A stretch of DNA of 64,000 nt from the NCBI GenBank assembly GCA_041662745.1, contig JBAZRV010000002.1:149785-213784 (forward strand), read 5' to 3'. This DNA is from Patescibacteria group bacterium. GTDB taxonomy: Bacteria > Patescibacteriota > Patescibacteriia > 2-01-FULL-39-33. Every line of letters begins with the position of its first letter. The stretch's first letter is position 1. The position numbers were made by a program, and so were the translations under genes. The notes below the pieces were generated by a model. The model ran no database searches. It saw only the letters and a list, made by a program, of their open reading frames with translations, and had not been told where the DNA came from. Shown one piece after another: positions 25,824 to 35,935 of this stretch.

Positions 25824-27077
25824 CTACTCTTTAACTTTTTCAATTTTGGCTCCCAAGGCCCGCAAGCGTCCGATGGGGTTTTGATATCCTCGTTCAATTT
25901 GGTAGATGTTGTCAATCGTAGTCTTGCCTTGGGCGGCCAAACCGGCCAACACCAAGGCCATGCCGGCGCGCAAATCCGGCGATTCCAGTTTTTTGCCATG
26001 CAAAGTCGTCGGCCCGGAAACGATCACTCGGTGCGGATCGCACATAATGATATTGGCTCCCATGGCATTAAGCTTGTCGGTATAAAACAGCCGGCCTTCA
26101 TAAATAATCTCATGGATTAAAGCCAAACCCTCGGCCTGGGTCATTAAGACGGTAAAGGGCGCTTGCAGATCAGTGGGAAAACCGGGGTATTCATGAGTGC
26201 GTAATTCTATCGCTTTTAATTTGTTGCGTTTCGTTTTGACATAGTTTTCTCCAACTTCCAATTTGGCCCCGGCTTTTTTCAGTATGGCCAAAACCACTTC
26301 CAAGTGTTTGGGTTCGCAATCGGCGACGGTAATTTCACTGCCGGTTAAAAGCCCCATAATGATGAAAGTTCCCGCTTCAATGCGATCGGGGATTAATCGG
26401 CATTTGCCGCCGCTTAATTTTTCTACGCCTTCAATTGTAATGACGGGCGTGCCGGCGCCGGTGATTTTGGCGCCACAGGAATTAAGATAATCGGCCAAAG
26501 CCGGAATCTCCGGTTCCATGGCCGCATTGATTATTTGCGTAGCGCCTTCGGCTAAGGTCGCGGTCATCATTAGGGATTCCGTAGCGGTAACGGCCACCCA
26601 AGGCATGACGATTTTAGCGCCGATTAATTTTTTGGCGTGTAAGGTATAGTGGTTTTCATTCTCCTCAATCTTTGCTCCCAGCGCTTTGAAGCCCGCCAAA
26701 AACATATCAATCGGACGTTTGCCGATGACACAGCCCCCGGGATGAGCCATGGTAACTTGGCCGAAACGCGCCAAAAGCGGTCCGGCCAACATCACTGAGG
26801 ATCTGAGGCGTTTGACCAGTTCGGCTGACGGTTCTGATTTATTGACGTCTGACGGATCAATCAATACGCGTCCCTCGCTTCGTTCAACCTTGGCGCCGAT
26901 ATCTTCAAGAAGTTCCAGCATGTGCGATACGTCTTCAATCGCCGGCACATTGCTGATCTCGCAGGGCTCGGAAGAGAGAATGCTGGCCGCCAAGATTTTA
27001 CCTACTTGATTTTTGGCGCCGGTGACGCTAATTTCGCCGGACAGTTTATGCCCGCCTTCAATAATATATCTTTCCAT
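25824..27077 (-). CDS. murA: UDP-N-acetylglucosamine 1-carboxyvinyltransferase
   Basis: MERYIIEGGHKLSGEISVTGAKNQ N-terminus. Active-site Cys region …GGCVIGKRPIDMF. 417 aa. Confidence 0.9.
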   Translation of the reverse strand: MERYIIEGGHKLSGEISVTGAKNQVGKILAASILSSEPCEISNVPAIEDVSHMLELLEDIGAKVERSEGRVLIDPSDVNKSEPSAELVKRLRSSVMLAGPLLARFGQVTMAHPGGCVIGKRPIDMFLAGFKALGAKIEENENHYTLHAKKLIGAKIVMPWVAVTATESLMMTATLAEGATQIINAAMEPEIPALADYLNSCGAKITGAGTPVITIEGVEKLSGGKCRLIPDRIEAGTFIIMGLLTGSEITVADCEPKHLEVVLAILKKAGAKLEVGENYVKTKRNKLKAIELRTHEYPGFPTDLQAPFTVLMTQAEGLALIHEIIYEGRLFYTDKLNAMGANIIMCDPHRVIVSGPTTLHGKKLESPDLRAGMALVLAGLAAQGKTTIDNIYQIERGYQNPIGRLRALGAKIEKVKE

Positions 27078-27212
27078 AAAATTAAGTGTTTATTGGTTTA
27101 AATATACCATTATTAAGCGTTTAAAGCAAATATTGCAGTTTAATCTTTTATTTTTTTTGTTTAAATTTAGATGTTATTTATTGTTCAGCTGATATTTCTG
27201 TGGATAAATGCA

Positions 27213-27241
27213 TTGACAAAATAATTAATGTATGATATAAT
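27213..27241 (+). promoter_or_regulatory. Sigma-70-like promoter upstream of the helicase gene
   Basis: TTGACA at 27213-27218, a 17-bp spacer, and TATAAT at 27236-27241. A ~200-nt leader with several hairpins follows. Confidence 0.5.
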
Positions 27242-27453
27242 TATATATTGAATTTATGTTTAATTTGAACGGTTTTTGACTGTTTTTAACCGGGTTTTAA
27301 ATGGTTGAATTAAGCCGGTTAAGGCCAGAGTCAACCGCTCAACTGAAAGTTAGCGGCGTACCTAAAAATTGAATATTTTCCGGAGAGGAAAACTTGACGA
27401 CCAAACGGTCGTTCTCTCCATTGTCGGAGAGAACTCAAGTTCCCTCATGATTA

Positions 27454-29688
27454 ATGGAGGATAGTATATTGGTTTCTTTAGTCAATCCATCAACCCTGCC
27501 GGTGTCCGCCCATGAAGAGCGAATTATTGATTCGGTTATGGGCAATCAGGTGACTATCATCACGGCCGAGACCGGGTCGGGTAAGACCACCTTAGTGCCG
27601 CCAATGTTTTGGCGGGCCGGATTCAGGGTGGCATGCACTCAGCCAAGACGTTTAGCCGCTCGCTCTATTGCGAGCCATACAGCGCAACAGGAGGGGTGCA
27701 TCTTCGGCGGACCAATCGGTTATCGCACCGGCTTTGAACGAAATTTTTCTGCCGAAACTCGGTTGCTGTACACCACCGACGGCACTGAGCTGGTTCGGGA
27801 GATTGTCTCGGACTGGCAACCCGAAATTTTGATTATTGACGAAGTCCATGAATGGGGCGTGGAGACCGAGGCCTTGGTGGCCTGGGCCAAAAAGCGCCTG
27901 AAGGAAGGAGCGAGCTTCCGCTTGATCGTCATGTCGGCGACACTGGAAGCCGAGCGTTTGTCGCAGTATTTTGACAATGCGCCGGTGATAAGTGTTGAGG
28001 GCAGGTTGTTTTCTGTGGAAGAAAGATCCATGAGTACCGGATCAGTTGAAGATGAAGTGGCCCAGGCAGTCGCCAAGGGCCGTAATATTCTGGTGTTTCA
28101 ACCCGGGAAAAAGGAGATTGTTGATTGCATTGATCGGTTGAAGGCGATGCAAGCGGAGGCGGTGATTTTACCGCTCCACGGCGATCTCTCGCCGGAAGAA
28201 CAAGATTTAGTATTTAGGGACTATGATCTGCCCAAGATTATCGTGGCGACCAACGTGGCTGAGACCTCGGTTACGGTTCCGGATATTGACTTGGTGATTG
28301 ACACGCAACTGGAAAAGCGTGTTGAAACCAAGGATGGCGTAGAAGGGCTTTATGTGTGTCGGATTTCCAAGGCACAAGCCAAGCAACGCATGGGACGAGC
28401 CGGCCGTTGTAAGGAGGGAACCTACATCAATTGCTACGGCGGCTGGGAAGGTCAGGAAGATTTCCCCAAAGCGGAAATTGAGCGGGTTCGTCTGGACCAG
28501 CTCATTCTCCGATTGGCCTGCCATGGCATTAAGGTCATGGAATTGGAGTTCTTCCATCAGCCCGATAGGGCGGCCATGGCCGAATCCTATCGGACCTTGC
28601 GGATCTTGGGCGCGGTAACGCTTGAGGGCGAGGCGACGTCGCTGGGTAAATTAATATCCCGGTGGCCGGTCTCGGTGAACTACGCCAAGACCCTGGTTTT
28701 GGCCAAGGAAGTCCGCCAATTGCCGGCTATGCGTCGCATCGTTGCCTGCTTGGAGGTAGGTGGAATCCAGTCGCGGATTAAAGACGGCTGGATGAAACTG
28801 CCTCCCTACATCGGAAGTTCCGATGCGGTCGCCCAGTATTATTGTTATCAATTGGCCGCCAAATTGCCGAAGAATCCGGAGGTGTTTGAGGAAAATGGCT
28901 TATCCTTAAAGCACTACCGGCGCGCTCAAGAGATAGAGCGCAAACTGCAATACCTGTCCGACGATAGGGGGCAGAACGAAGCCTCCGCCATTAACGATGA
29001 ACTGATGGCCGAACTTGTAGTGAGCGGCATGTTGGACAGACTCCATATGATTTCCGGTTATGGCCTCGGCGGCTCCAAGGTCAGCGATGGCCGGAAAGAC
29101 GCATCGCTTTCTTACGGATTTGAACAGCGACAGCTGAGCAACCGTTCGGTTGTCTCAAATTTGTTGCCCGGCCAGTTAGTGATCGGGGAACCGATTGACA
29201 TTACCATCAAAGGGAGATACGGCTTTTCCAAAGTGCTAAAACTCCTGACGATGGCGACGTCGGTTCTGGATCCCAGAATCGTTGTGCGGCACGCTCCGCA
29301 CTGTGCCGTTCTCCGGCGTTACGATTGGCGGTGGTGTTCGTCCGAGGAAAGCTTGTCATGCTCGCTGTCCTTGAGCTTGGAAGGCGCTCATTTCGAGCTG
29401 CCTGACAACAAAGAGTATATGGGTTTTGACGAGCTCAAGGCGCTGGTCGGTTCGGGCGATGTGACCGAGGCCGAATTTGAAGAGATCTGCTACTCTGTTG
29501 CTCGGAGAATTACTGAACCAGGGGAAGCCAAAGGGCTGCCTCAGGAAATTCTGAGTAAGATTAAGTTGCGCAGCAGATCGACGGTTGAGTTAACCGCAAA
29601 TCGTTCGCGGTATGGTGTGTCGGCGCAGTCGTCGGCTCCAAGCGCCTTTGGCACCGGTTTGGCCGGCTTGCTAAAGCCGCTTGAATAG
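27454..29688 (+). CDS. DEAH-box ATP-dependent helicase (HrpA/HrpB-like)
   Basis: Walker A TAETGSGKTT. DEVHEW (DEAH). SATLEA. Helicase C motifs (…VATNVAETSVTVPDI…QRMGRAGR). A long C-terminal extension. GC content is visibly higher than the flanking genes. Confidence 0.8.
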   Translation: MEDSILVSLVNPSTLPVSAHEERIIDSVMGNQVTIITAETGSGKTTLVPPMFWRAGFRVACTQPRRLAARSIASHTAQQEGCIFGGPIGYRTGFERNFSAETRLLYTTDGTELVREIVSDWQPEILIIDEVHEWGVETEALVAWAKKRLKEGASFRLIVMSATLEAERLSQYFDNAPVISVEGRLFSVEERSMSTGSVEDEVAQAVAKGRNILVFQPGKKEIVDCIDRLKAMQAEAVILPLHGDLSPEEQDLVFRDYDLPKIIVATNVAETSVTVPDIDLVIDTQLEKRVETKDGVEGLYVCRISKAQAKQRMGRAGRCKEGTYINCYGGWEGQEDFPKAEIERVRLDQLILRLACHGIKVMELEFFHQPDRAAMAESYRTLRILGAVTLEGEATSLGKLISRWPVSVNYAKTLVLAKEVRQLPAMRRIVACLEVGGIQSRIKDGWMKLPPYIGSSDAVAQYYCYQLAAKLPKNPEVFEENGLSLKHYRRAQEIERKLQYLSDDRGQNEASAINDELMAELVVSGMLDRLHMISGYGLGGSKVSDGRKDASLSYGFEQRQLSNRSVVSNLLPGQLVIGEPIDITIKGRYGFSKVLKLLTMATSVLDPRIVVRHAPHCAVLRRYDWRWCSSEESLSCSLSLSLEGAHFELPDNKEYMGFDELKALVGSGDVTEAEFEEICYSVARRITEPGEAKGLPQEILSKIKLRSRSTVELTANRSRYGVSAQSSAPSAFGTGLAGLLKPLE

Positions 29689-29702
29689 CAAACAGTACTT
29701 TC

Positions 29703-29745
29703 GCGAGGCCTGGGAACTTTCCCCGGCCTCTTTTATTTTGGTAAA
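29703..29745 (+). terminator. Rho-independent terminator
   Basis: GAGGCCTGGGAACTTTCCCCGGCCTC followed by TTTTATTTT. Confidence 0.55.
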
Positions 29746-29789
29746 ATTAGATTGAATTTAATTGGGTATAGCGGTTTTTAACTACCCCC

Positions 29790-29817
29790 TTGACATTTTT
29801 CGTCTATTTGCTATAAT
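29790..29817 (+). promoter_or_regulatory. Sigma-70-like promoter of the rplJ-rplL operon
   Basis: TTGACA at 29790-29795, a 16-bp spacer, and TATAAT at 29812-29817. Confidence 0.6.
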
Positions 29818-29824
29818 TAGAACA

Positions 29825-29977
29825 TATTCCGCAGAAAGTGGGCGGGGGAGATACAAAACCCCACTAAGTCCTGCCGAGGAGCTTGGCCTATTTTGGCTGT
29901 TTGTTGCTGCGGAAACGCAGTTTTTTTGTTGTTTTATTTGATTATTGTGTCTTGATTATTGATTATTATTTATATAT
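29825..29977 (+). promoter_or_regulatory. Ribosomal protein L10 (rplJ) leader, an autoregulatory structured 5' UTR
   Basis: A GC-rich structured ~150-nt leader between the promoter and rplJ. Its position and length match the conserved L10 leader. Confidence 0.45.
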
Positions 29978-30481
29978 ATGCCAAAAACCAAATCACAAAA
30001 AGCGGTTATTTTGCAGAACTTGGAAGACAAGTTGGCCAAAATGAAAGCCGCCGTTATGTTTAACTTTTCCGGCATTGAAGTCAAGGAACTTAACAAGTTA
30101 CGCGAAAAATGCCGCGAGGAAGGCATTGATTACTTGGTAGCCAAGAAAACCTTATTGAAAAAGGCTTTAAATGAACAAAAATTAAAAGAAGTGGCAGAAA
30201 AAGATTTCTCGGGCGAGATCGCTACTTTATTCTCCTACGAGGATGAGGTTGCGCCGGCTAGAATCTTGGCCGCTTTTGCCAAAGATCAGGATAAAATCCA
30301 GTTTGCCGGTGGTATTTTTGAGGGCCAGTATATTGACGCCGTTAAGGTTAGGGAGCTGTCTCTGATTCCTTCCCGTCAGGTTTTATTGGGCAAGCTTGTC
30401 GGCTGTATCGCTAATCCGCTGTCCGGCATCGCCCGCGTTTTGAACGCCATTAAGGAGAGCAAAGAAAAAGAAGCTGTTTAA
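29978..30481 (+). CDS. rplJ: 50S ribosomal protein L10
   Basis: 167 aa. MPKTKSQKAVILQNLEDKLAKMKAAVMFNFSGIEVKELNKLREKCRE…. Confidence 0.9.
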   Translation: MPKTKSQKAVILQNLEDKLAKMKAAVMFNFSGIEVKELNKLREKCREEGIDYLVAKKTLLKKALNEQKLKEVAEKDFSGEIATLFSYEDEVAPARILAAFAKDQDKIQFAGGIFEGQYIDAVKVRELSLIPSRQVLLGKLVGCIANPLSGIARVLNAIKESKEKEAV

Positions 30482-30509
30482 TTGTCAATAATAAACTAAT
30501 ATAAATCAT

Positions 30510-30902
30510 ATGTCTGAAGAAAAAAACATCGTCGTTCCCGAGAAGTTCAAAACCCTCGTTGAACAGATTGAAAAGTTATCCGTTATTGACTTGGCCGAAT
30601 TAGTCAAAGTTTTAGAAGAGAAGTTCGGCGTTTCCGCTGCCGCTCCGGTCATGATGGCCGCCGCCGGTGCCGCTCCCGCCGCCGAGGAGAAAGACAGCTT
30701 TGATGTTGAATTGACCGCCGCCGGCGTTCAGAAGATCAACGTTATCAAGGTTGTTCGCACTATCACCAGCTTGGGCTTGAAAGAGGCCAAGGACTTGGTT
30801 GACGGCGCTCCGAAGATGGTTAAGGAAGGCGCAAAAAAGGAAGAAGCCGAAAAGATTAAGAAAGAATTGGAAGAAGCCGGCGCTACCGTTACTTTGAAAT
30901 AA
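30510..30902 (+). CDS. rplL: 50S ribosomal protein L7/L12
   Basis: 130 aa with an Ala-rich hinge. The C-terminal domain [28 protein letters not shown]. Confidence 0.9.
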   Translation: MSEEKNIVVPEKFKTLVEQIEKLSVIDLAELVKVLEEKFGVSAAAPVMMAAAGAAPAAEEKDSFDVELTAAGVQKINVIKVVRTITSLGLKEAKDLVDGAPKMVKEGAKKEEAEKIKKELEEAGATVTLK

Positions 30903-30914
30903 GAATCTCTTGTT

Positions 30915-30950
30915 AAAAAACACACTCAGTCAAATGAGTGTGTTTTTTGT
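30915..30950 (+). terminator. Rho-independent terminator after rplL
   Basis: AACACACTC-AGTCAAAT-GAGTGTGTT followed by TTTTG. Confidence 0.7.
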
Positions 30951-30992
30951 TTGCGTATATTTTTTGTCGTTTTTGGCTCAGGAACATAGGAT

Positions 30993-33215
30993 TTAGAAGT
31001 CCCAATCAATCTGGTAAATTTTGCCGTCAAACAACACCCAGAATTTTTTGTCTTTGGCTGAACCGACAAAGGAGGCGCCGGTCGTGATGAACGGTCCGGT
31101 ATACTGGCGTTTTAAAATGTTTTTATCGTCTAAGATTACTAATCGTCCGACGGTCGCATCCAATAAATATTGCCAAGCGCCATCTTTGGCTGACTGGCTG
31201 ATGGTGGAGGAGGCGATGGGCGGCTCCAGGGTCAAGGATTTCAAATCCAGCTTAATATTAAAGTAATCTTTGCTTGGCTTGAATTTTACGGCTGACATGT
31301 TGGATAATGTCAGCTTGTAAATTGAATTATCGCCGTTAACGACAGCCAGGGTTTTATCATCAATCGCCGTCAGCTTCTTGGCGTTAGAAATAGTGGAAGT
31401 GGCCGTGGTCCATTGCCAGGTGGCGGAGTCCAAACGATAAAATTTGGCGTCGCTATTGTTGAATACCCAAAAGTATTTGCCGGTTTTGGCCAAGCCGGCA
31501 ATATCAGCCGAAGAATTGCTGAGTTTTAAATCAATTACCGGTTTTAAGTCGGTCAGATTGGTTTCTTTTCCTAAGGCGCGTCGGACGTCGTCAATTTTTT
31601 GTTTTAGGTCATTTATCGTGGCTTGGTTTGACCGTTTGACGGGGATTGTTTTCAGCAGTTCTTCAGCTTGAGCCAGGGAGGCGTAGGCGCCTTTTTCGTC
31701 ATTAAAGATATTTTGCGCCTCGGCGTTATCCACCAAGCCCTGTATTTGATTGCCGATTTTGCCGATCGGCGAAGTTTGAGGCGAGTTTAATTCCGAGGAT
31801 CTGCCAATCCAGACTACGCTTTGGCTGAAAATTAATAATAAGACCAGGGCGGCGATAAGCGATCCTTTTTGCCAGATATTCAAACTAAGGAAGTTTTTGA
31901 TCAAGTCGTTGATTCGCCCGTTGATTTTTTGCGCCAACCAGCCCGAACTGAATCTTTCTTGCCAGTTAAGCAATGATTTGGGACGCGGTTGCTCTATCGC
32001 GTCTTGCGCCACTTCGCTTTGCATCGGTTCCGGCGCCGACATGAATTCGTCAGTCGTCAATTCTTCGTTCAGTATTTCTTCTTGGGTCGGCCGTTTTGAT
32101 TCTATATTATTGATGATGCGCTTGGCCTTGGCGGCGCGTCCGGCGATGATTTTATTGGCTAATAAGTTATAGCCGGCATGAAGCTTTCTTCCCAGCCAGA
32201 CCAGGGTAACATTGAGCCCGCGTCCCAGCCAGACCAGGCTGATTTTAAGATACTTGAAAAGCAAAACGAAAAATTTCTGCCAGGCCGGCATCAGCGACGG
32301 CGTCAAGTATTGTTCGGTTCGCACCTGGGTGATAAGCAGGCGATCCAGCGATGATTGGGTTTTGCCTTCCGCCGGAGATGTTTGTCCCGGTCCGGCCGGC
32401 CGGGGGTTGTCAACCCGCATTCTGTCAAACTGATAAGGCTGTTTTGCCGGAGTTGTGGCCGCAGTTTCGGTTGCCGTTGCTCCCGCTTCGGTTGTGACGG
32501 CGCTAACGGGCGAGATCGGTTGGAAGTCGGCGGATTTAAGCAGAACCGAGTAGTAATTGGATTTTAACGGTTGGGAATGAAGAGTCGCCTCTAATTTCTT
32601 TAGGCCTTCCTCGGCCGGCGCCAAAGCCAGCATTTCACCCAGGTCGTTTTGCGACAGGAGCGACAGGAATTCATTGTTGCACACCATGAGCGTATCGCGT
32701 TCCGTGATTTCACCGGAGATGATATTGGAGAAAACCTTTTCCGGTTCCGGTTTGGGCCGTTCTTCGCCCGTGTCCAAGATGTTTATAATCAATAAACCGC
32801 CGTTTTTCTTTTGGCGGAAAAATAGCGCTTGGGAACGGCCGGTATGGCTAAGGAAAATCTTATTGCCCAGGGACAAGCCCATGACAAGCCGCAAATTCCT
32901 CAAATCAATCGGGTAGATTGATTCGCTCACGGCCGTACTGATGCGGCGGTTGGCCCTGGTTAAGGCCTCTTCAAAGCGCCGTTCCGGTTTTTTATCGTCA
33001 AAAGGGGGCAGGTAATATTCGGTTTTAAGGTCGCCGATGGCGTCCAGCACCCGGTCAATGAAAATATCGTTTAAATTGTAAATTTCCACAATACCAAAAA
33101 TCACGCCCAGCCGGTTAATCAGGGTTTTCTCCGGCTTGACAACAAAAGCGCTGCCGATGATGTTAGCATCGGCTTCCATAGCCAATCGGGCCGTTGTTAG
33201 GTTTTTTCCTTCCAT
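30993..33215 (-). CDS. Large hypothetical membrane protein (740 aa)
   Basis: A central TM pair, an N-terminal cytoplasmic domain, and a C-terminal beta-rich extracellular region. No confident family. Confidence 0.45.
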   Translation of the reverse strand: MEGKNLTTARLAMEADANIIGSAFVVKPEKTLINRLGVIFGIVEIYNLNDIFIDRVLDAIGDLKTEYYLPPFDDKKPERRFEEALTRANRRISTAVSESIYPIDLRNLRLVMGLSLGNKIFLSHTGRSQALFFRQKKNGGLLIINILDTGEERPKPEPEKVFSNIISGEITERDTLMVCNNEFLSLLSQNDLGEMLALAPAEEGLKKLEATLHSQPLKSNYYSVLLKSADFQPISPVSAVTTEAGATATETAATTPAKQPYQFDRMRVDNPRPAGPGQTSPAEGKTQSSLDRLLITQVRTEQYLTPSLMPAWQKFFVLLFKYLKISLVWLGRGLNVTLVWLGRKLHAGYNLLANKIIAGRAAKAKRIINNIESKRPTQEEILNEELTTDEFMSAPEPMQSEVAQDAIEQPRPKSLLNWQERFSSGWLAQKINGRINDLIKNFLSLNIWQKGSLIAALVLLLIFSQSVVWIGRSSELNSPQTSPIGKIGNQIQGLVDNAEAQNIFNDEKGAYASLAQAEELLKTIPVKRSNQATINDLKQKIDDVRRALGKETNLTDLKPVIDLKLSNSSADIAGLAKTGKYFWVFNNSDAKFYRLDSATWQWTTATSTISNAKKLTAIDDKTLAVVNGDNSIYKLTLSNMSAVKFKPSKDYFNIKLDLKSLTLEPPIASSTISQSAKDGAWQYLLDATVGRLVILDDKNILKRQYTGPFITTGASFVGSAKDKKFWVLFDGKIYQIDWDF

Positions 33216-33318
33216 TTAGGCGAGAAAATTCAGAATTTTCTTAATTTTAGCCCTTTACATTATGATAGTAATATTATACAATATATGTATCTTAATATCA
33301 AGCTATGAGACCAGTTTT

Positions 33319-33912
33319 ATGTTAGAAAAACTATTCGGTTCCAAAACCAGGGTCCTCCTGCTCAAGCTTTTCCTGAATAATCCCAACCAACCGTATTTTG
33401 TCCGCGAGTTGGCGCGTAATTTGGATTCCCATCTTAATGCTATTCGGCGCGAGTTGGAGAACTTGCAGGATTTGCAGATTATTAATTGTTTTGATAAGGC
33501 GGAGAAGGTGGAAGGTCAGGCCAATGACAATCGCAAATATTACCAGCTCAATCCGGATTTTCCGTTTATTGAAGAATTGCGTTCCGTGCTGGTCAAATCG
33601 CACTTATTGATGGAGCGGGCGTTAATAGGCAAAGTGGAGAAATTGGGAAACATAGATTTATTCTTATTATCCGGATTGTTTGTCGGCCGTGATGACGCTC
33701 CGGCCGATATGCTGATTGTCGGCGGCGCCAACCGCGCCAAGCTGGCTCGGCTGGTGGCGGCGTTTGAGCGCGAAGTTGGCCGTACCATTAATTACACCGT
33801 ATTGAGCAAAAGCGATTATGCTTATCGGCGCGCTTTAGCTGATCGTTTTCTGTTTGATTTACTGGAAAACAAAAACATCATTCTAATTGACCATTTTCAT
33901 AAGGGGGAATAG
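33319..33912 (+). CDS. Putative winged-helix transcriptional regulator
   Basis: N-terminal TRVLLLKLFLNNPNQPYFVRELARNLDSHLNAIRRELENL is HTH-like. The likely start is MLEK at 33319. The track ORF starts at 33262. Confidence 0.4.
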   Translation: MLEKLFGSKTRVLLLKLFLNNPNQPYFVRELARNLDSHLNAIRRELENLQDLQIINCFDKAEKVEGQANDNRKYYQLNPDFPFIEELRSVLVKSHLLMERALIGKVEKLGNIDLFLLSGLFVGRDDAPADMLIVGGANRAKLARLVAAFEREVGRTINYTVLSKSDYAYRRALADRFLFDLLENKNIILIDHFHKGE

Positions 33913-33960
33913 GGCGAAAATGGCAGAGTCCAGTTGAAATGCCAATTATAAATAATTTTT

Positions 33961-35361
33961 ATGCTTAGAAAATTATTTTTCATTTTGCCAACCGCTTTTT
34001 TGATTTTCCTGGCTTTTTCGGTTTTGCCGGTGGCGGCCGCGGCCGCTGATCCGGTTAAGCCCGAGGTCAGGATTTTTAATTGGCGCGGAACCTTGCAGAA
34101 AAGCTTTACGGTATTTGGCGACGGTTACGCCAGCAGCATTGATTTGGCGGCGGCCAAAGGCGGCAAGGAAGAGCCGATTATCATCGTGTCAGCCGGCGGC
34201 GGCAATCAGCCGTTAGTGGAGGAATACGGGGTTGACGGCATCAAGCGCTATGAGTTTTTGGCTTATGCCGAAACATTCCGCGGCGGAGTCTATGTGTCGG
34301 CCGCGGACTTGGATGCCGACGGCCAAATAGAAGTCGTTACCGGCGCCGGCTATACCGGCGGTCCCCATGTCCGGGTGTGGCGAGGCGATCAGCCGCTGTA
34401 TTCTTTTTTCCCTTTTGACAGCAAAGATCGCAAGGGTGTCAAAGTGCTGGCGGCCGATTTGGGGCATGACAACCAATCGGAAATATTGGCTTTCAGCAAT
34501 TATAATTCTCCGGCTGAGTTGCTGTTTTTGGGCAATGACGGCCATCAGATCAAAAGTTTCAAACCCGATTGGCTGACTGATTATTTTTCCGGACTTAACG
34601 CCGTGGTGGGCGATTTTAACGGCGACGGCGTTAAAGAGATTGCCGTAGCCGGCGGTTCGGGCAACCCGGCCGAGGTGTATATTCTGGGCCAGGATAATAA
34701 AATAATTTCCACTATCACTATCGGCGACGCCAATTACCATGGCGGGTTTAATTTGGCGGCCGGCGATGTTAACGGCGACGGCCGAGACGAATTGGTTGTG
34801 GGATTAAGTTTTAGCGGCAGCGATTGGGTGAGTGTTTATGATTCTTCCGGCAAGCGTCTGAGTGATTTTATGGCTTACGGCTGGGACGGGTTTGATCGGG
34901 GAGTGAAAGTGGCCATGACCGACACCAACAACGACGGCTTGGCGGAAATTATCACTGTGCCGGAACGCATTGGTGAACTCAAGAGCCGTTCTTACAAATT
35001 CATTACTGTCAATTTGGCTGATCAGTTGTTGACTTATTGGCAGGACGGCAAATGGCTGGGCGATTTTCTGGTGTCTACGGGCAAAGCCAGCACGCCGACT
35101 CCGACGGGGGAGTATAACATCTATTTGAAGCGCCCCAAAGTTACTATGAGCTGGTATTATGGGCCGGCTAATCCCTGGAATTACTTCTTGCCCAACGTGC
35201 CTTGGGTTGCGTCGTTTAAGGGGCCTTATACCATTCACGGCACCTATTGGCATAATAATTTCGGCCATCCCATGAGCCATGGCTGTGTCAATATGAAAAC
35301 GCCCGAAGCCAAGATTATTTATGATTGGGTGGACATCGGCACACCGGTGATTATTTATTAG
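33961..35361 (+). CDS. L,D-transpeptidase (YkuD domain) fused to an FG-GAP/VCBS repeat beta-propeller
   Basis: C-terminal catalytic HGTYWHNNFGHPMSHGCVNM. N-terminal repeated DxDGDG motifs (DADGQIE, DFNGDGVKE, DVNGDGRDE, DTNNDGLAE). Signal peptide. Confidence 0.75.
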   Translation: MLRKLFFILPTAFLIFLAFSVLPVAAAAADPVKPEVRIFNWRGTLQKSFTVFGDGYASSIDLAAAKGGKEEPIIIVSAGGGNQPLVEEYGVDGIKRYEFLAYAETFRGGVYVSAADLDADGQIEVVTGAGYTGGPHVRVWRGDQPLYSFFPFDSKDRKGVKVLAADLGHDNQSEILAFSNYNSPAELLFLGNDGHQIKSFKPDWLTDYFSGLNAVVGDFNGDGVKEIAVAGGSGNPAEVYILGQDNKIISTITIGDANYHGGFNLAAGDVNGDGRDELVVGLSFSGSDWVSVYDSSGKRLSDFMAYGWDGFDRGVKVAMTDTNNDGLAEIITVPERIGELKSRSYKFITVNLADQLLTYWQDGKWLGDFLVSTGKASTPTPTGEYNIYLKRPKVTMSWYYGPANPWNYFLPNVPWVASFKGPYTIHGTYWHNNFGHPMSHGCVNMKTPEAKIIYDWVDIGTPVIIY

Positions 35362-35390
35362 GCGAAGAATAATAGTTCGTAAAATAGCTA

Positions 35391-35699
35391 ATGTTTGCTT
35401 ATTATATGTTTAAAGAAAACTCGCAACAATTTGAACGACCCGCGTCTCCCGAGACAGAAAATATCATATCTTTTGAAGAATTGTATGATTTTATAGAAGC
35501 TCAAGGAGAAATTCACGGTTCTATAAAATCCTACGACGCGCCTATGCTTAGAAAAATCATTGAAAGAGTTAGACATGGCCACAGACCCATTGAATTTGTT
35601 ACCAATACCATGGGCATTAGAGACACTGTGCAAAGATTACTGCCTGATGATCCCGTGTATTTAAAATATACGAAAGGAAGTAAAGCTAAAAAAAATTAA
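35391..35699 (+). CDS. Hypothetical small protein
   Basis: 102-aa ORF with no recognisable family. Confidence 0.3.
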   Translation: MFAYYMFKENSQQFERPASPETENIISFEELYDFIEAQGEIHGSIKSYDAPMLRKIIERVRHGHRPIEFVTNTMGIRDTVQRLLPDDPVYLKYTKGSKAKKN

Positions 35700-35789
35700 T
35701 TAAATCTTATAATACTGAATATGCGGTTTGGAGCACCCCACCTGAATTTGTCTCACAAAACCTTAGATTTGATAAGGTGTTTGGCAGAG

Positions 35790-35935
35790 TTTTTACAGAA
35801 CGGGCTGCGGCTTCGCCTCGTTCTGCTTGCCGCTACCTGCCTGCCGGCAGACGTGATATCGCAGAGATCGGTATATACATAATGTCGCTAACCCCTTGCG
35901 GGCTTATCGCCACTCCGCATATACCGCAGCCTTGT
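35790..35935 (+). other. GC-rich structured non-coding block (candidate small RNA or cis-regulatory RNA, unidentified)
   Basis: A 380-bp ORF-free gap. The central ~150 nt is much more GC-rich than its surroundings. Hand-found nested long-range helices: GGCTGCGG (35806) with CCGCAGCC (35923), CGGTATATAC (35870) with GCATATACCG (35914), and CAGAACG/CGTTCTG. Strand uncertain. Confidence 0.25.

Noticed and set aside
35820-35850. TGCCTGCCGG 10-mer shared with the DGR hairpin, as a possible remote DGR target
   Set aside because: Only the 10-mer is shared. The upstream sequence shows no similarity to TR/VR, and the IMH segment GTTGTCCGCGAGCA is absent. Probably coincidental GC-palindrome similarity.
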